A stretch of 50,999 nt of DNA, counting the filler, from Jimgerdemannia flammicorona (taxonomy: Eukaryota): NCBI GenBank assembly GCA_003990765.1. It is 2 parts of 2 records of this genome, joined end to end, with 100 filler letters (N's around TTAATTAATTAA, not from the genome) between each part and the next. Parts side by side here need not be neighbours in the genome. Positions count along the whole stretch, not along the records: positions 1 to 25,450 come from RBNJ01000830.1; positions 25,551 to 50,999 come from RBNJ01000831.1. The stretch is one strand, 5' to 3'. Under the pieces are notes generated by a model. The model saw nothing but the letters and a program-made list of their open reading frames with translations, was not told the origin of the DNA and did no database searches. Both the position numbers and the translations under genes were made by a program. Within the stretch, counting starts at the first letter, position 1; each line of letters opens with the position of its first letter. This document shows positions 15,801-28,900 of the stretch, piece by piece.

Positions 15801-16385
15801 TCTTTGCAATTTCCGTTTGGGTGACGGACTGGCGGCAGGAGCAGCCTTTCCGCCGGGACTTTTGGAGGCTTTCGCGGGACGAGGTGTGTGGGAACGATCG
15901 GCGTACATTGCGTCTGTCTGCTCCAATAGATCTTTCCATGGCGGGTTTTGTGATGAAGCCAAAGCCGTGGTATTAGTCTCCTCGAAGGGGAACCAAGCGA
16001 ATAATGCCATCAACACGGGCTCCATCTCGTCCTCAAAATTGAAGCTCTTTTTCAACATGTAACCCTGGCTCCATATGACCGTTGAGCCGACTATGTAAAG
16101 CTCCTCGTCGAACCCGTTTTCGTTCTCGTGTCGCAACCGACCACGCTCGTTGCTTTTGCGAGATCTCATTGACATGGGGTGAGATTCGTCGTCTTCAATG
16201 TCGCGGGAGCTCGTGAGGCGGTAAGATTGCTTGGGTGCGGATGCTCCCCATGGCTTGGGTGCGTTTGGTATGAAAGCCGAGAGGTCTATGTCGTCGAATT
16301 TACCTATCGCGTCTGTCGAAAAGGGATTTTTTTTTATGTAATCTTCGCCGAACGGCGCGAACTCACCTAAAATGCGCACTTCCAT
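9835..16385 (-). CDS. APC1: Anaphase-promoting complex subunit 1, about 8 exons
   Basis: N-terminal DEELYIVGSTVIWSQG; PFGVALPLREAIRRCRNSPPGNWP..YVLIGREDLA; PC repeats HAGFLLAMGLSGHL and SPGATIALGLMFLKTN; DNRSHLQAFRHLWVLAVEPRCL. The ORF pieces join through GT-AG introns. Confidence 0.96.
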
Positions 16386-16522
16386 GGCCTCAACGCTTTA
16401 AAGCCTTCACGTTGTCTGCGTGTCTGCGACGCGCGAAATATTGCGTTCTGTTAGCGATGACGTCACCCTCCAAATTTGAAGCCACAAAACGGATCAACAG
16501 GTGGCTTGGTTCCAGTATCATC

Positions 16523-17022
16523 ATGTCCTCCCAAACAACTGCCTCCAAGGACGAACCCTTTTCTTTTGATGACTTCGTTACCAAAGACGATCCAGATTTC
16601 AAAACGTGCAACTTATCCCAGTCCTTTGATCGGCTGTTTATGTGCTACGGTATGTGGTTTGCCTTTCGCCGCTGCCTGGCCGCTTCAACAGACTAAATCA
16701 CTGTTCCACCCCAACCGTAATAAAGCACTGGGGGGTCAGGCGATGCACTATTACCGGTACGGCACTGCCAAGAATTGCTCGAGCACGTATGAGGATTTGA
16801 AACTCTGCATGAAAATTAAGACAAAACCGCAAGATGTTGCCAAGGTATGTAATAAGGGTTGAGGTCGTCGGACTGGTAGACTATGAGGTGATATAGATTA
16901 ATCAAGTTGCATCGATCAATGTTTCCTTTATATAGAAAATGTGGGCAGAACGCGAGGCTGTGAAAGAGGCCGCGCGGAACAAGGAACAAAGCTCATTGGA
17001 TGTCTGGACGTTACGGGAGTGA
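16523..17022 (+). CDS. EMI1: Emi1-like small twin-Cys protein, 3 exons
   Basis: Spliced MSSQTTASKDEPF..CNLSQSFDRLFMCYALGGQAMHYYRYGTAKNCSSTYEDLKLCMK..|KMWAERE..SSLDVWTLRE*. Matches the C..FD..CY..GGQ..YYRYG..C......C and S-DVW pattern of the Emi1/DUF3128 family. Confidence 0.85.
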
Positions 17023-17550
17023 GCATCCGGCATTACGAGATACATTGGGCTCACAGAAACCTTTCTCTCCCTTCCTGATATTGATGACACTCTGATACCA
17101 TCCCACCCACAGAACACCTCCCGTATTCCCAGCTTCGCCATTCCCGTCTTCGTGACGTCCGCATTGCGAATCGTACATACTGAAAACTGCCATGTCATCT
17201 GGATATAGAATAGCACTGTCCAAAACGTGGATGTAGAATATATATAATGAACGTGGTTAGAGCCCATCCCCTATGCAAAGAAGAAAATATCCACTTGCAT
17301 TGGCGATTTTAATTGACGAATGGTTTTTGTTCAGAACAATCCGAGTTTTATTAACCCCTCTCCAAATCGCGAGGGCCCCATATCCGACGAGATCCGATCG
17401 AGAAAGCGGGAAATGCATTACGGGTAGCCACGATAAAAATACACCCTACCGCAACCAATCAACTCAAATATCCGATTACCACACTAGGCCACACCCGCAG
17501 ATTACAGCAGGTCTCTCCGCATCGCTAAAAACCAAGTCTCTAAGGCCTAT

Positions 17551-18950
17551 TTACACGATACGTTCCAGCTCCCTCGCGTAAGTCAGGGTCTGCTTGATGA
17601 TCTTCTCGGAGGGTATTTCTGTCTTGATGTCGTCATTTGCTGTCGCAAAGTAGATCTTCTGCTCTGCCGGGTTAACGTTCCAACCGCGCTACATAGCATG
17701 AGGATGATTATTTAACATGAGATGTATCAAGAGGAGATGACGCGGATAGATACATATAAAAACACCGAAATAGCAGACGCTTCTACCTCATTGGCAAAGT
17801 TCAACACCTCCTCGAGCGACTTGAAGAATAGCAAGGTCGCTGCATCTTGCAATGGCAGCGCGTCGTAGGCCTTTTCGCTGCAACTTGCGATCTCGTTCCT
17901 GGATCAGAGAGATTGTCGGTATCACCCATGGGATATCAGCAAGTTGTCAATTGAACTTCCATTATATCATAAACCCTCTTGACATGAACACCAGACTCAC
18001 CGAATGGTTCCCATAAGAATGTCATAAAAGAACAAGAACTCCTCGCCGGTGACTTTGCTCCTTGAGTTCCACACCTTATTATAGCTGCCCTCCATAAGAT
18101 ATTGTTCTAAGAATGCGAAACGGGGGCATTGGGAGAGTGGTCTTAGATGGAATGCCAATAGCACATCGGGTATTAATGAAAGAAATCCTACCTAGATCAA
18201 CTGCTTGCTTGATATACAGATTGTTGTGAAGCTGCTCGGGGTCGATAACTTCCAGCGCCGTATGGAATTCGGACAACCGGTTTTGCGACAGGAGGCGAAG
18301 AAGGTTGAGGCCAATGAGAGGGTACATTTGCTGTGACGGAGTCAGCTCGGCGCTGCGCGGAAAGAAGATCGAGACATTATGGATAAGGCCACGGGAATAA
18401 GAATGCCCAAAATTCCATTCACCCTAGATCACATTGAGGTTTGCATCAATTAAGACATGAACAGCTTGTGTGCTCACCTGTAGTCGTGGTAGTATGTATT
18501 CAACTGTGCAGTGTATCGTTCAAAGGAGGTGATATCCTTGACGCGGAGACTCCAAAACGCGCCGATTTCAAGGACATCACCTGCAAAAAAAAAAAAAAAA
18601 AAAAAAAGGCAGAAAGCAGGTTAATGCCGTCCTCAGGAGTCGAATTCGATGTTTGGTCCAAAGCATGAAAAAAGGCACCGACACGTACGCGCAAGCAACA
18701 ATGCCTTAGGATCCGTCTTGCCTGCCTCGGGAATGAACACGCCCAACATTGTTAATTCGATCTGAAGGGGTCGAAGATATGCGTGTTAGTTCAACGCTTC
18801 GACTTGAACTGGGTTTGGATGTCTGGATGGTGAGGTAGGTACCTTCAACTTCGCCAGCAGAGCTCCGCATTTCTTCAGGTCAGGGTTGCTAGAGGCAAAG
18901 CTGGCCTTCAGTTGGTCATGAAGCTTTGTGGTTTGTTGGAGGTTTGACAT
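17551..18950 (-). CDS. RPN12: 26S proteasome lid subunit Rpn12
   Basis: [101 protein letters not shown]. Confidence 0.95.
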
Positions 18951-19112
18951 TTGGGTGGAAGTAGTTTGGTTTGGGTTGAACGTGTCGGAGAGGGAACGGG
19001 ACTGCTCCTTGAATGTTTGCGTGTACTGTGGTGACGTCATTGATTGCAAATGTGTGGCTTGGCTTTGCATCTGATAACGAAATTACATTGTCCGTTCCAT
19101 GCTCCTTACATC

Positions 19113-20752
19113 ATGTCGTCCAACCTCATCGAAATCACAAGCGACCCTCAGTTCACAGAGCTCATCACCGACAAAGCAAACGTCCTCGTTCTCAACTTCT
19201 GGGCAAGCTGGGCCGAGCCATGCAAGCAAATGAACGACGTGTTTGCCGAACTGGCTTCAAAATCTCCTTCGTTGAAGTTCCTAAAGGTGCGCGCTTGCTT
19301 GGACCTGTTGAAATTGTCGTCAATCTTGTCAAGGCTGCAAATTTTGCTCATACCCATCCATCCCCATTCAGATCGAAGCTGAGAGCTATCCAGACATCTC
19401 CGAGGCCTTTGAAGTCGCTGCTGTGCCATTCTTCGTCGTGCACAAGGTGATTGGACATTTCCACTGCCCATATCGATCCATTCATTCTTTGAGACAATTT
19501 ATATTCATTCTTCATTCTCGTTTGGTTCACAATTCGACCTGGCCTTTGTCACGGTCTCCTAGAACGGCAAGATTGTCGACCGTGTCGAAGGAGCCAAAGC
19601 TGCCGAGCTCACCGCCGTCGTCGAGAAGTATACCAAAACTGCGACGAGCAAGGCCACGCACTCCGTTGCCGGCGCCGCCACCACGGGTCCCAAGAAGGAT
19701 CTCACTGCTAGGTTGACCGCGCTCGTGAATAGTGCGCCGATAATGGCTTTTATCAAGGGCACCCCGAGTGAAGTACGTTGCGTGTGTTTGGGCGCAGGTG
19801 CATTGATCGGGCTTTGCAAACCGTTGATGCGAGCTACTCTTCTGCAATCCTCATATAGCCGCGCTGTGGTTTTTCGCGCCAATTGGTCGACATCCTCGCT
19901 GAACAACAAGTCAAGTATAGTTCGTTCAACATTCTGGCAGACGATGAGGTCCGCCAAGGTAAGATAGCCCTCATGCGGCATTGATCTTCACAAACTTTTC
20001 AAGCGGATTACGCCATGATTGATCCGAGCCACGTATGATTATCTTCGTCTGGTTGTCAGGTCTCAAGACTTTCTCCAACTGGCCAACATTCCCACAAATC
20101 TACATCAACGGCGAGCTTGTCGGCGGCCTTGACATCGTCAAAGAGCTGATCGCGTCGGGCGAATTCCGCAACATGCTACCCAAGGACGATGACCTGCCCA
20201 CACGGTTGAACAAGCTGATCGCCCGCGAGCCCGTCATGATCTTCATCAAGGGCACGCCCTCAGCACCCAGATGCGGGTTCTCCAAGCAGCTCGTCAACAT
20301 TTTGAATGAGAAGAATGTGAAGTACGGACACTTCGACATCTTGTCGGATGAGGAGGTCAGGCAAGGTGAGTGTTGGTTGTCGTGGTTATCGATGGATTGA
20401 TAAACCTGTTAACTGGTTCGAGGAGGGGGGGGGGGGGGGGGGTCATTGACTTACGTTGCATATTGGATTTTGTTACAGGTCTCAAGACACATGTCAACTG
20501 GCCGACATTTCCCATGCTCTTCTACAAAAGCGAGTTGTTGGGTGGCTTGGACATTGTCAAAGAGCTGGTGAGTTTCGTATTTTTATTTTTGTTTATTTTA
20601 GGCAGGGGACTCGGATGATGGGAACGCGAGCGTCGCTAAAGTGTGGAATACAAACAGTACGGGAATTTACATCCACATACATGTACTTATTTACTCGTTT
20701 ATGTCTGACTCAGGTCGCGAGTGGTGAGTTCGACCAGGCGATTGCCGCTTAG
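19113..20752 (+). CDS. GRX3: Monothiol glutaredoxin GLRX3/PICOT (Trx domain plus two CGFS Grx domains)
   Basis: [13 protein letters not shown]rx-like domain. Two copies of FIKGTP..PRCGFS..L..F(N/D)IL.D.EVRQGLK..NWPTFP..[12 protein letters not shown]. Confidence 0.95.
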
Positions 20753-21022
20753 GCGTGAAGGCGTAGTTTCTCCAGACAAACAACAGCGGAGATTTATCTC
20801 TCTGGATGCCATGTTCTAAAGCATATATTGTAATTTACCATATGAATATGTGTTTGTTTGAGTGGGTGGGCCGGTGCCCGATCAATGCTGGTAAATAAAT
20901 CATTCTTGCTGTATGAAGACCGATCGGAAATTGACGTTAAAGCCGTACTGTACGGGAATCGAACTGATAACCAAATGGCTTTTTGGTCCTGTAATTTTTG
21001 GCACGACTTACAAGCGTCCATT

Positions 21023-22193
21023 TCATAATCCCTCGGCATGGGCAAGTAACTCCTCTATTTGCATCACCTCGAATCGCGTCTTGTCGCTATATGCTGAATC
21101 ATCATCGGGCCTCTTGGCCAAGGCCACAGCGACGCAGTGATCATCGGCCAAATCGGACAGTTCGAAATGCCATGAGAGGTTGGGGATGCCGTTGAGTCTC
21201 AAAGTGATTGGAGCATTTGGCTTATTGTAATACCGAATGGTCATTAAAACGGTGTCAGGAAAGTGAATATACGCAATTCGTTATAATATATGCTTCGCCT
21301 CGATATAACTTACTTGAGTAATATTATCATCTTCTGGCAGCCCACCGAATTCAATTGATGCCAACTTCACAACGATTCCAACCCCAATTGCCTTCACGTA
21401 GCTCTCTTTCAGGCACCAGTATTGAATGAATCTCCTCAGCTTCTTCTTGTCATCCGCAGGACGGTTGATGTAATCCCATTCAGATTGAGTGAACTATGAA
21501 TAGGTTTAATCAGAATCAAATGCCACTGGGCCAAGAAGAAATGGATGGAAAGTGTGACGTAGCAGAGAGAACAAAAATAAAAATCGCGTCCAGCGTTCAA
21601 AAACGATAGCTAGATATGTTACCTGATCCTGGAAACTCACGAAGAAATCCTGCACCGGGATTGCTCTCTTCCCTGGTATCTCGAGTGTCATCACATCAAT
21701 CCCTACAGCGCATGATTCCGCGGCTGCCAAAACCACCCAACCTCCATGGTGTGAGATATTGAAGATCACGTTAGTAGCTTTAAACACATTGGTCTCTGAG
21801 CAGCGCTCCTGGTATTGTAATAAATATATGATGATGAGTGCGAGTTTTTTTATTAAGGATTGCTCAAATCCTCGAAACTTACCAGGTACGGTTTGCCCGC
21901 CTTTGTCCTCGAGAACCTTAATTCTTTCCATGAGCAACTGTACTCTTTCACAAACATTGCAGAAATCAACAGCCGTCCCACGAGCGCCATTTTTGCGTCT
22001 TCCCGCACGAGCTTCCGCGTGATGCGAGCGCGTTCGTCGGGGTGGATGCAGCTGAGTGCATGTTGGAATTCCTGCGTAGATGAAGCGTTCAAGAAGCTTT
22101 CTAGCGCGTTTGGTGCATTGAGTCTTTTTTTTTACCTACTGATTCAGACGGATCCCAATGATGGGTGTTGATGGCCAAACGGATCTGCTTCAT
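21023..22193 (-). CDS. LYS5: Sfp-type 4'-phosphopantetheinyl transferase (Lys5/AASDHPPT)
   Basis: MKQIRLAIN..DAKMALVGRLLI..RTKAGKPYL..FNISHHG..VGIDVM..FTQSEW..YWCLKESYVKAIGVG (W-x-x-KES motif). Confidence 0.92.
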
Positions 22194-22284
22194 GAGGTAG
22201 AAGCAATCGGTGGCTTAGGGACACGTCACAACACATTTGTTAGCGTTCCCACTCAATTCCCCTTCGGCCCTTCGGAAGAACAAG

Positions 22285-24320
22285 ATGAGCCACTCAGTCC
22301 ATCATGATGCTCGACCGGTCTCTTCTCTCAATTTGAATCCTTCGTTGCGCGCTAAGCTCGCCAAATCAGGATACAGGACAGTACATGATCTCGAAGAGGC
22401 GTCTCCTGTGGAGTTAAGCAAAGGTAAGTTAACCATGTTATATGAATCAGCTGAATATATATGAAGTTATGGTACCCTCTAGAAGCCCTATTCTGAATGC
22501 ATATAATTCAAAATCACATGCGCAGAACTGGGAATACCGAACGAAGAAGCTGTCCGTATCTTTCAGCAAATTCGCAAAGGTAAGCTTGATGAATCAGTTT
22601 GTTCTCATAGAGATTCCTCAGTGTGGAGTTATCAGCCTGCTTAATCTGTCAGCAACAAACTCTCCTGTCACAGGCATAACCCAGACCTTCTCCGCCGCTG
22701 AATCCCTCGAACGTGAACGTCAGCGGCGGGGCATATCCACGTCGTCGACTGCACTTGACGATCTTTTGGGCGGTAGTGGTGTACCCGTCTGCAAGATCAC
22801 TGAGTTCTGTGGGGAACCGGGAATAGGCAAGACGCAACTTGGGTGTGTAAACAGCCATCCCAATTTTCTCGGACACATCGTGACAAAAATTGCCGCTATG
22901 TGCTAGTTTCAGCCAAAGAAACATGCCGGCCAAAGATTTACTGAATCAATCTTCCCATTACATGTACAGAATTCAACTCTCCGTCAATGTGCAGATCCCA
23001 GCTGCATTATCAGGAGCAGCGGGCGAGGCGATATATATTGGTATGAAATGCCTTTCTGGATTACACGGAGATCATTGTATATAGCATTGACAATGCTATG
23101 TCATTTTACAGATACTGAGGGTAGCTTCATTGCGCAACGTGTCGCCGAGATGGCCGGTGTGATGGTGGAGAGGGTGAACGGACAGTTGAGGGATGGCGTT
23201 GGTGAGCCTGTTTATTACCGTTGATTACTATTCGCGATACTGCTGTTGTTCCACATAATAATGATTACATATATATCCTTACCACGGAACATGGATGCAT
23301 TCACGCAGATGGCATGCTAACCCTAGACACAGTTCTTTCTCGGATCCATTACTTCCGGGTACATGACTTTGTTGAACTCCTTGCACTGATGAGGATCTTA
23401 GATGAATTCCTTAAGTCACATCCTAAGGTATGCATTTCTGTCCAAAATCTCCGGCACCAACCCACATGTGAATGTGTTTATTTATTTATTTATTACCAGG
23501 TCAAACTCGTCGTTGTCGATAGCATAGCATTTCACTTCCGCCTCAACTTCCCTGACATGGCCCTGCGGACGCGGTTACTGAACAGCGTGGCACAGACATT
23601 GATGCAGCTCGCGAGCGATTTCGATTTGGCAGTGAGTTTATGATTGAAGCTTCAAGGTTTCACTGTGATCCCTGGCTCGTTTTTATCTGTCTAACGTGAC
23701 GCGTCCTCATCACGATAGGTTGTGCTCATGAACCAGATGACAACAAAACTGGAGCAATCGAAGCTTGTTCCTGCATTGGGTATGTGGATTTTGCCCATGC
23801 CTGTCATTCCTGGGCATATATGCACACAACGACCCATTCTCGCGAACACCCCGTCGAATGCTATCTGTATTGTACATTGTGATAAACAACAGGGGAAAGC
23901 TGGGGTCACGCAAGCACGAACCGCGTCATCCTCTATCAGCGAAGCAATATGCGGTAAGAAACAACTTGTGAGCATTGCCGGACTCTCTTAGATCAGAGAA
24001 CCCGATATATTGATAAACAACTTAGGATACTAGTAACGTATTCTGTTGTCATTCATTTCTGTACTGGATTATTTCCACACTATTTGATATAGGCATGCCC
24101 TTTTATACAAATCGCCCAATCTTCAAGAGCGCACAATTCAGTATCAGATTGTGGTGAGATTTTAAATTCATTCCACACGAGGCATTTTCGCATCTCTGGA
24201 AATAAGGTTGACTTCGCCATTCTCTTCTATATCCAGGCTGCGGGGATAACAGATGTAATCAAATTGGACAATCTCAGTTCCAGAAAGCGACCATTGGAAC
24301 CAGATGATGATGCTGTCTAG
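22285..24320 (+). CDS. RAD51C: RAD51 paralog RAD51C, multi-exon
   Basis: Walker [31 protein letters not shown]; Walker [51 protein letters not shown]. These are RAD51C-type motifs. Confidence 0.9.
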
Positions 24321-24649
24321 TATTGGGTTGAAATATATCTAATTCTTTGTCTGTAAAAATTTGTTCTCATTTATATTATAGTAGTATAGTGAGCAAATTA
24401 AACTTATAGTCTGATTGTTTTACCTTTTTTTCATACTTTTATAAAGTTAGAATTTAAAATATAAAAACTATATTTATATAAATAGATATTAATTTTATAA
24501 TAGTTAGATCATTTTTAAATTGAATTTATATTTATAATATATAAATATTATTTTCTTTCTCTGCTATCATATTGATTACAAGGTTTTGATAGGCAATTTT
24601 TTGAGTTTTTTTTTTACAACTTATTTTCCCTCTATCTTAGATTGATTTG

Positions 24650-25450
24650 TTTTTTTTTTTTTTTTAATGGACTCATGTCCCGCAGATTTTTATTGGAAGG
24701 GAACCTAGACTATATAGGCCAAAACCCTCCCCCACCACCCACCAAGCACTGCCCCCCTATTAACCTAGACTAGCTATTGTCCAGCAGCTTGACCATACCA
24801 GGTGTAGCAGGGCTGATAAGCCCACACCTCATTCTGCACACCATGCTCTCCCTACCACCAGGGGAAACCCAACCATACGCCAATGACCGAAAGCGCATGC
24901 CTGGGAACCCAATGTATGTATAAGGCCATGCCCGAGCCAAATAGAATAGCCCCTGCCACCCCAAAGAGAATGACAGGCAAATAAAAAACCCTCATCAAAG
25001 CACAACATGGTGGGTAGGGCCTGGTTCTCCCAGAGAGGGGCCACCTGTCTGCTCACTCTCCACTCCCCAATAACCTTCTAATGTCTGCCAGAATCCTTCA
25101 ATCCCTGGGCATTTAGCCAGAACATGCTCCGGCATCTGTACTACTCTGCCATCCAGCTCACAACACCACTCACATTCCTTTACACCATCCTCGATCATCC
25201 ACCCCATCCTGTACCCCAGCATGACATTCCTCCACAGAAATCACCACCATACTACCCAGAACTTAGGTGGGACAATCTTGAGTAGAGAGGTCCCCCTACC
25301 CCACACCCAGCCCCACTCTTACTCTTTGCCATATCCGGCCTTCTGCCAACCCACTGGCCACCTCTCGAGCAGTCCTGTCTGGATCCACTCCATCACCCCA
25401 GTTAAAGAATACTCTACCAATGGGTGGCTGCCAATATGAATCTCTTTTTT
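24650..25450 (-). mobile_element. 3' end of a non-LTR (LINE-like) retrotransposon, degenerate, truncated by the gap
   Basis: Minus-strand FLWRNVMLGYRMGW..KECEWCCELDGRVVQMPEHVLAKCPGIEGFW resembles the C-terminal CCHC knuckle of LINE ORF2. It is followed by AATAAA (forward tttatt at about 24689-24694) and a poly(A) tail (T-run 24650-24665). Confidence 0.7.
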
Positions 25451-25550
25451 NNNNNNNNNNNNNNNNNNNNNNNNNNNNNNNNNNNNNNNNNNNNTTAATT
25501 AATTAANNNNNNNNNNNNNNNNNNNNNNNNNNNNNNNNNNNNNNNNNNNN
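25451..25550. other. Assembly gap with artificial six-frame-stop linker
   Basis: N44-TTAATTAATTAA-N44. This is a contig-joining spacer, so adjacency across it is not established. Confidence 0.95.
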
Positions 25551-25843
25551 GGGGAGTACAATACACACACACGGCGAATGATGGCTCAGAGTGTATATAA
25601 AACAATAGTAAGAAAGGGGGTGAAAGGGGGGGGGGTGTCCCGTCGTTATTTGACTTTTTGCAGGTTTCCCTTTTGGGGATGTGTAAAAGCAGAGGAGATG
25701 GGACAAGGGCAATAAAGTGACTGCCGACGTCCCCCAATCGATTCTGCCGCGGGTACTGACTGACGCCTCCCATTCGCATAAATGCCCATCACGTGCATCA
25801 TCTGCCTACACCCTTTACACTCCTCCCATCTAAACACGCGCCT

Positions 25844-25932
25844 CTTGCTCCGACCAACCATTGTTCCGCTTGCTCCGACCAACCATTGCTCCGACCAACC
25901 ATCGCTCCAACTACCCCATTGCTCCGCCACCT
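25844..25932. repeat. Short minisatellite, about 16-bp unit TTGCTCCGACCAACCA
   Basis: Three near-perfect copies and two degenerate copies. Confidence 0.8.
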
Positions 25933-28900
25933 ACCCTTGGGAAAAATACTTCCCCAATTGGTTGCTCCCCCCCCCCCTAGGGCAAAAGTAAACCGTGTGT
26001 TACTGTGGCCATCCTTCTGCGCATTACCCACGCTTGCTCCAACCCCTGTCAATGGCTGCATGTATACCGACTGGAAATCGCTTATGAATCAGACCCCATC
26101 ATCTGCACATTGGCGTAAATTCATCGTAACCCTTAGGGGAAAACGTGCCTGTGCACCATCTATTTTTTTTTCCGCCTCGGCACCACCCACAAATCATTTG
26201 CACCCTACCCCCCCGCATCGGGGGACGGTTTTCCCATATCTGCCTCATTTATTTCGGCGTCAAAGAAAAACATGCAACTCCGCTCGTCCCCTTAAGCACA
26301 CGCCTCCCCTCAACCCTTTTTCTATCCAGTCTTTTAATGACGCCAACTGCCCCGATCGCATCACTTAAATCTTGACTGCACCGCGTCCACCACGCGACCC
26401 AACAAACCACTCAACTGACCCTCCACGTGTCCCTTTGAAAGGTGTCCTCATTCACGTAATCATGACGTCACTTCCAAACGAGGTTAAAGCAAAAATATAG
26501 ACAGCTGTACCCAGGAGGAGGACCCGGAGGACCCGGAGGACCCGTCTCTGACGAGCGGTTTTCGCGATCCGAATGGAGGTAATTCATGCGCCTTGGGACT
26601 AGAAAACCATCCACTTTCCCACGCCACACCCCATCGCGCCCTTTTTTTTGTTTTATACACAACACACCGTACAAATTCCCACAGACAAGATCGGCGCCGG
26701 GTTCGGCAGGCTGTGCACATGAATCTTTTGTACAGATTAGGTGTGCGGCGCAGCGTCGATCTGTGGTTTATAATCCGGGGCACGAGAGGCTTTTTGGTTT
26801 TGCAATGCAACTCCGATTCGTATCCGAAAACCCCGATACCGTGCATCGTATGCCGTCCAGCCTACACCACTGCTTTAGTCCCCAACGGTCGACTACGACG
26901 ACAAGTATTCGTTCGTCTCGCCGCTTTCACAACACCGCAACTCCCAAAGGCCCGCGAGTGCGACATGTATGTATACGCCGCGCGGCGAAGGGGCCTGGTG
27001 CGACGCGGCGAAAGGGATGAGGCTGAGGCGGATGCGGCCAGGAGAAAGATGCATATTATATGGTTGCACCGAGCTGTTCTATGGGGTGCCTCCCGAGGAG
27101 TTCCCTTATTATTCTTTCTTGATTGGCATAAGTTGCTTGACCGTAACGCTACGGCCACATTCCTTCTTGACTTTATTTCCCTTACCAACATTCTGTCCAC
27201 AACCATCACCATACCTTTCAATACCGGTATCCCACCCACATCCAACCATCCGCACCACAAGTTCGGAGGCAGGGGAGGAACACTGGCGGTGGACAGCGAG
27301 GACGGAAGGAGGGTCAGAACGAGACCGTAGATGGGCGAAGTCATAATACAGAACTGCGGTATTGAGTGCTCTGATGGTCGCGCATTCGCGCTGTTTCATT
27401 ACTGGGGAGTGGGTGGGTGTATAGCTAATGACGGGAAGGTGACGCACCTTCAATAAAAAATAAAATAAAATAAAAAGCCACCACCAATGCGACAAAGCGC
27501 TCACGAACAAAATCGCAGCGCTTCGTCCAAGTGTGAGGGACAGAAAAGGGATGATAGTCATCGGAGGCAACCGATTAGTATATTGGTACAGCAATAACTT
27601 AGTTATCACAGCTATATTTTATAACCAGTGATAAGGTTGCTATAATCATTGATAGGTTACAAGCTTAATAGTGATAGGTATCAGGATGCTAAATTATATG
27701 ATGATATCATTATGTATGTTGTATCAGATTATAATTTAACTGATTTTTAGAGTATTATCATAAAACAGATTAGAGTATAAGTGAAACAAAATGTATTAGT
27801 TTTATTTATAATGTATTATGTAATATATTACTTAAAATATTATTTTAAAAATTAGAGTATCTTAAATATATATATTTGCAAAATTAAAAAATCTGAACAA
27901 CTAAGTTAATTATATAAATTTATTATTATTATTTAATTTAATTTAATTTTTTTTTTTTTTAAAAAAAAAATAAAATAAAAATAAGTTATATGAATAACTA
28001 TATTAAAGAAAATTAATAATATAAAATATATCTTTCTTAAATAAGCTTTATATTTTTTAAAATTAATTAATAATTTTAAATTATATTAAATATACTTATT
28101 TAAGATTTTTTAACTTTATATTTAATATAATAGTTGATCTAAATTAGAAATAAGTATTAGAAAATAGATATTTAATTATAATATCTAAATTTGATTCTCA
28201 AATATAGTTTAGTATAGTTAATAGTTATTTAATTTATTTAATATAAAAAAAATCAATATATTATTAAAATAACTTACTATAGAAAAAGAAATTATAACTT
28301 AATTATTATATAGCTAATAAATCTATATAAATAACTCTAGTATTTAAAATAAATTAAAATAGTTAATTTTAGATTAAAATATATAATTTAAAATAAAGAA
28401 ACTAATAAGCCTATAATATAATAAAACTATATACTAATAGAATTAATATATTATAGATAATTAAGATAACTATTAGTTCTAAGTTCTAAGTTCTTATAAG
28501 GAAGTACTGAGTTCTAATTGTTTATTGTAATGATATAGTCTAAGTATCACTTTTGGATTCTTATACTAGTAAAAATACTATACTTATATTCTAAATTAAT
28601 CAGGTTCAGAATTATTAATAAGTTAGATATGAGAGTTCTCTAATAAGAATACTACTTTATTCTTATATTTGGAAAAGCAGAGCTGAGATTATAATATACT
28701 CAATATAGAGAGTATTTATATAGATTCAAAGATATAACTAAATATAATATATTGAATATATCTATATATAGTTATACTATATTTAGTATCTATAACTACT
28801 AGTGCTCTGAATAAATTGATTCAAATCAAATCTGAATTTAATTTATTATATAATAGTTTGATCTAAATCTTAAATCTGAAACAATTCAAGCTAACTTAGA

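Noticed and set aside
25495..25506. TTAATTAATTAA palindrome inside the N-run
   Set aside because: Artificial six-frame-stop contig linker, not biology.
25844..25932. Repeat array as CRISPR
   Set aside because: Eukaryotic context, and the units are tandem with no unique spacers.
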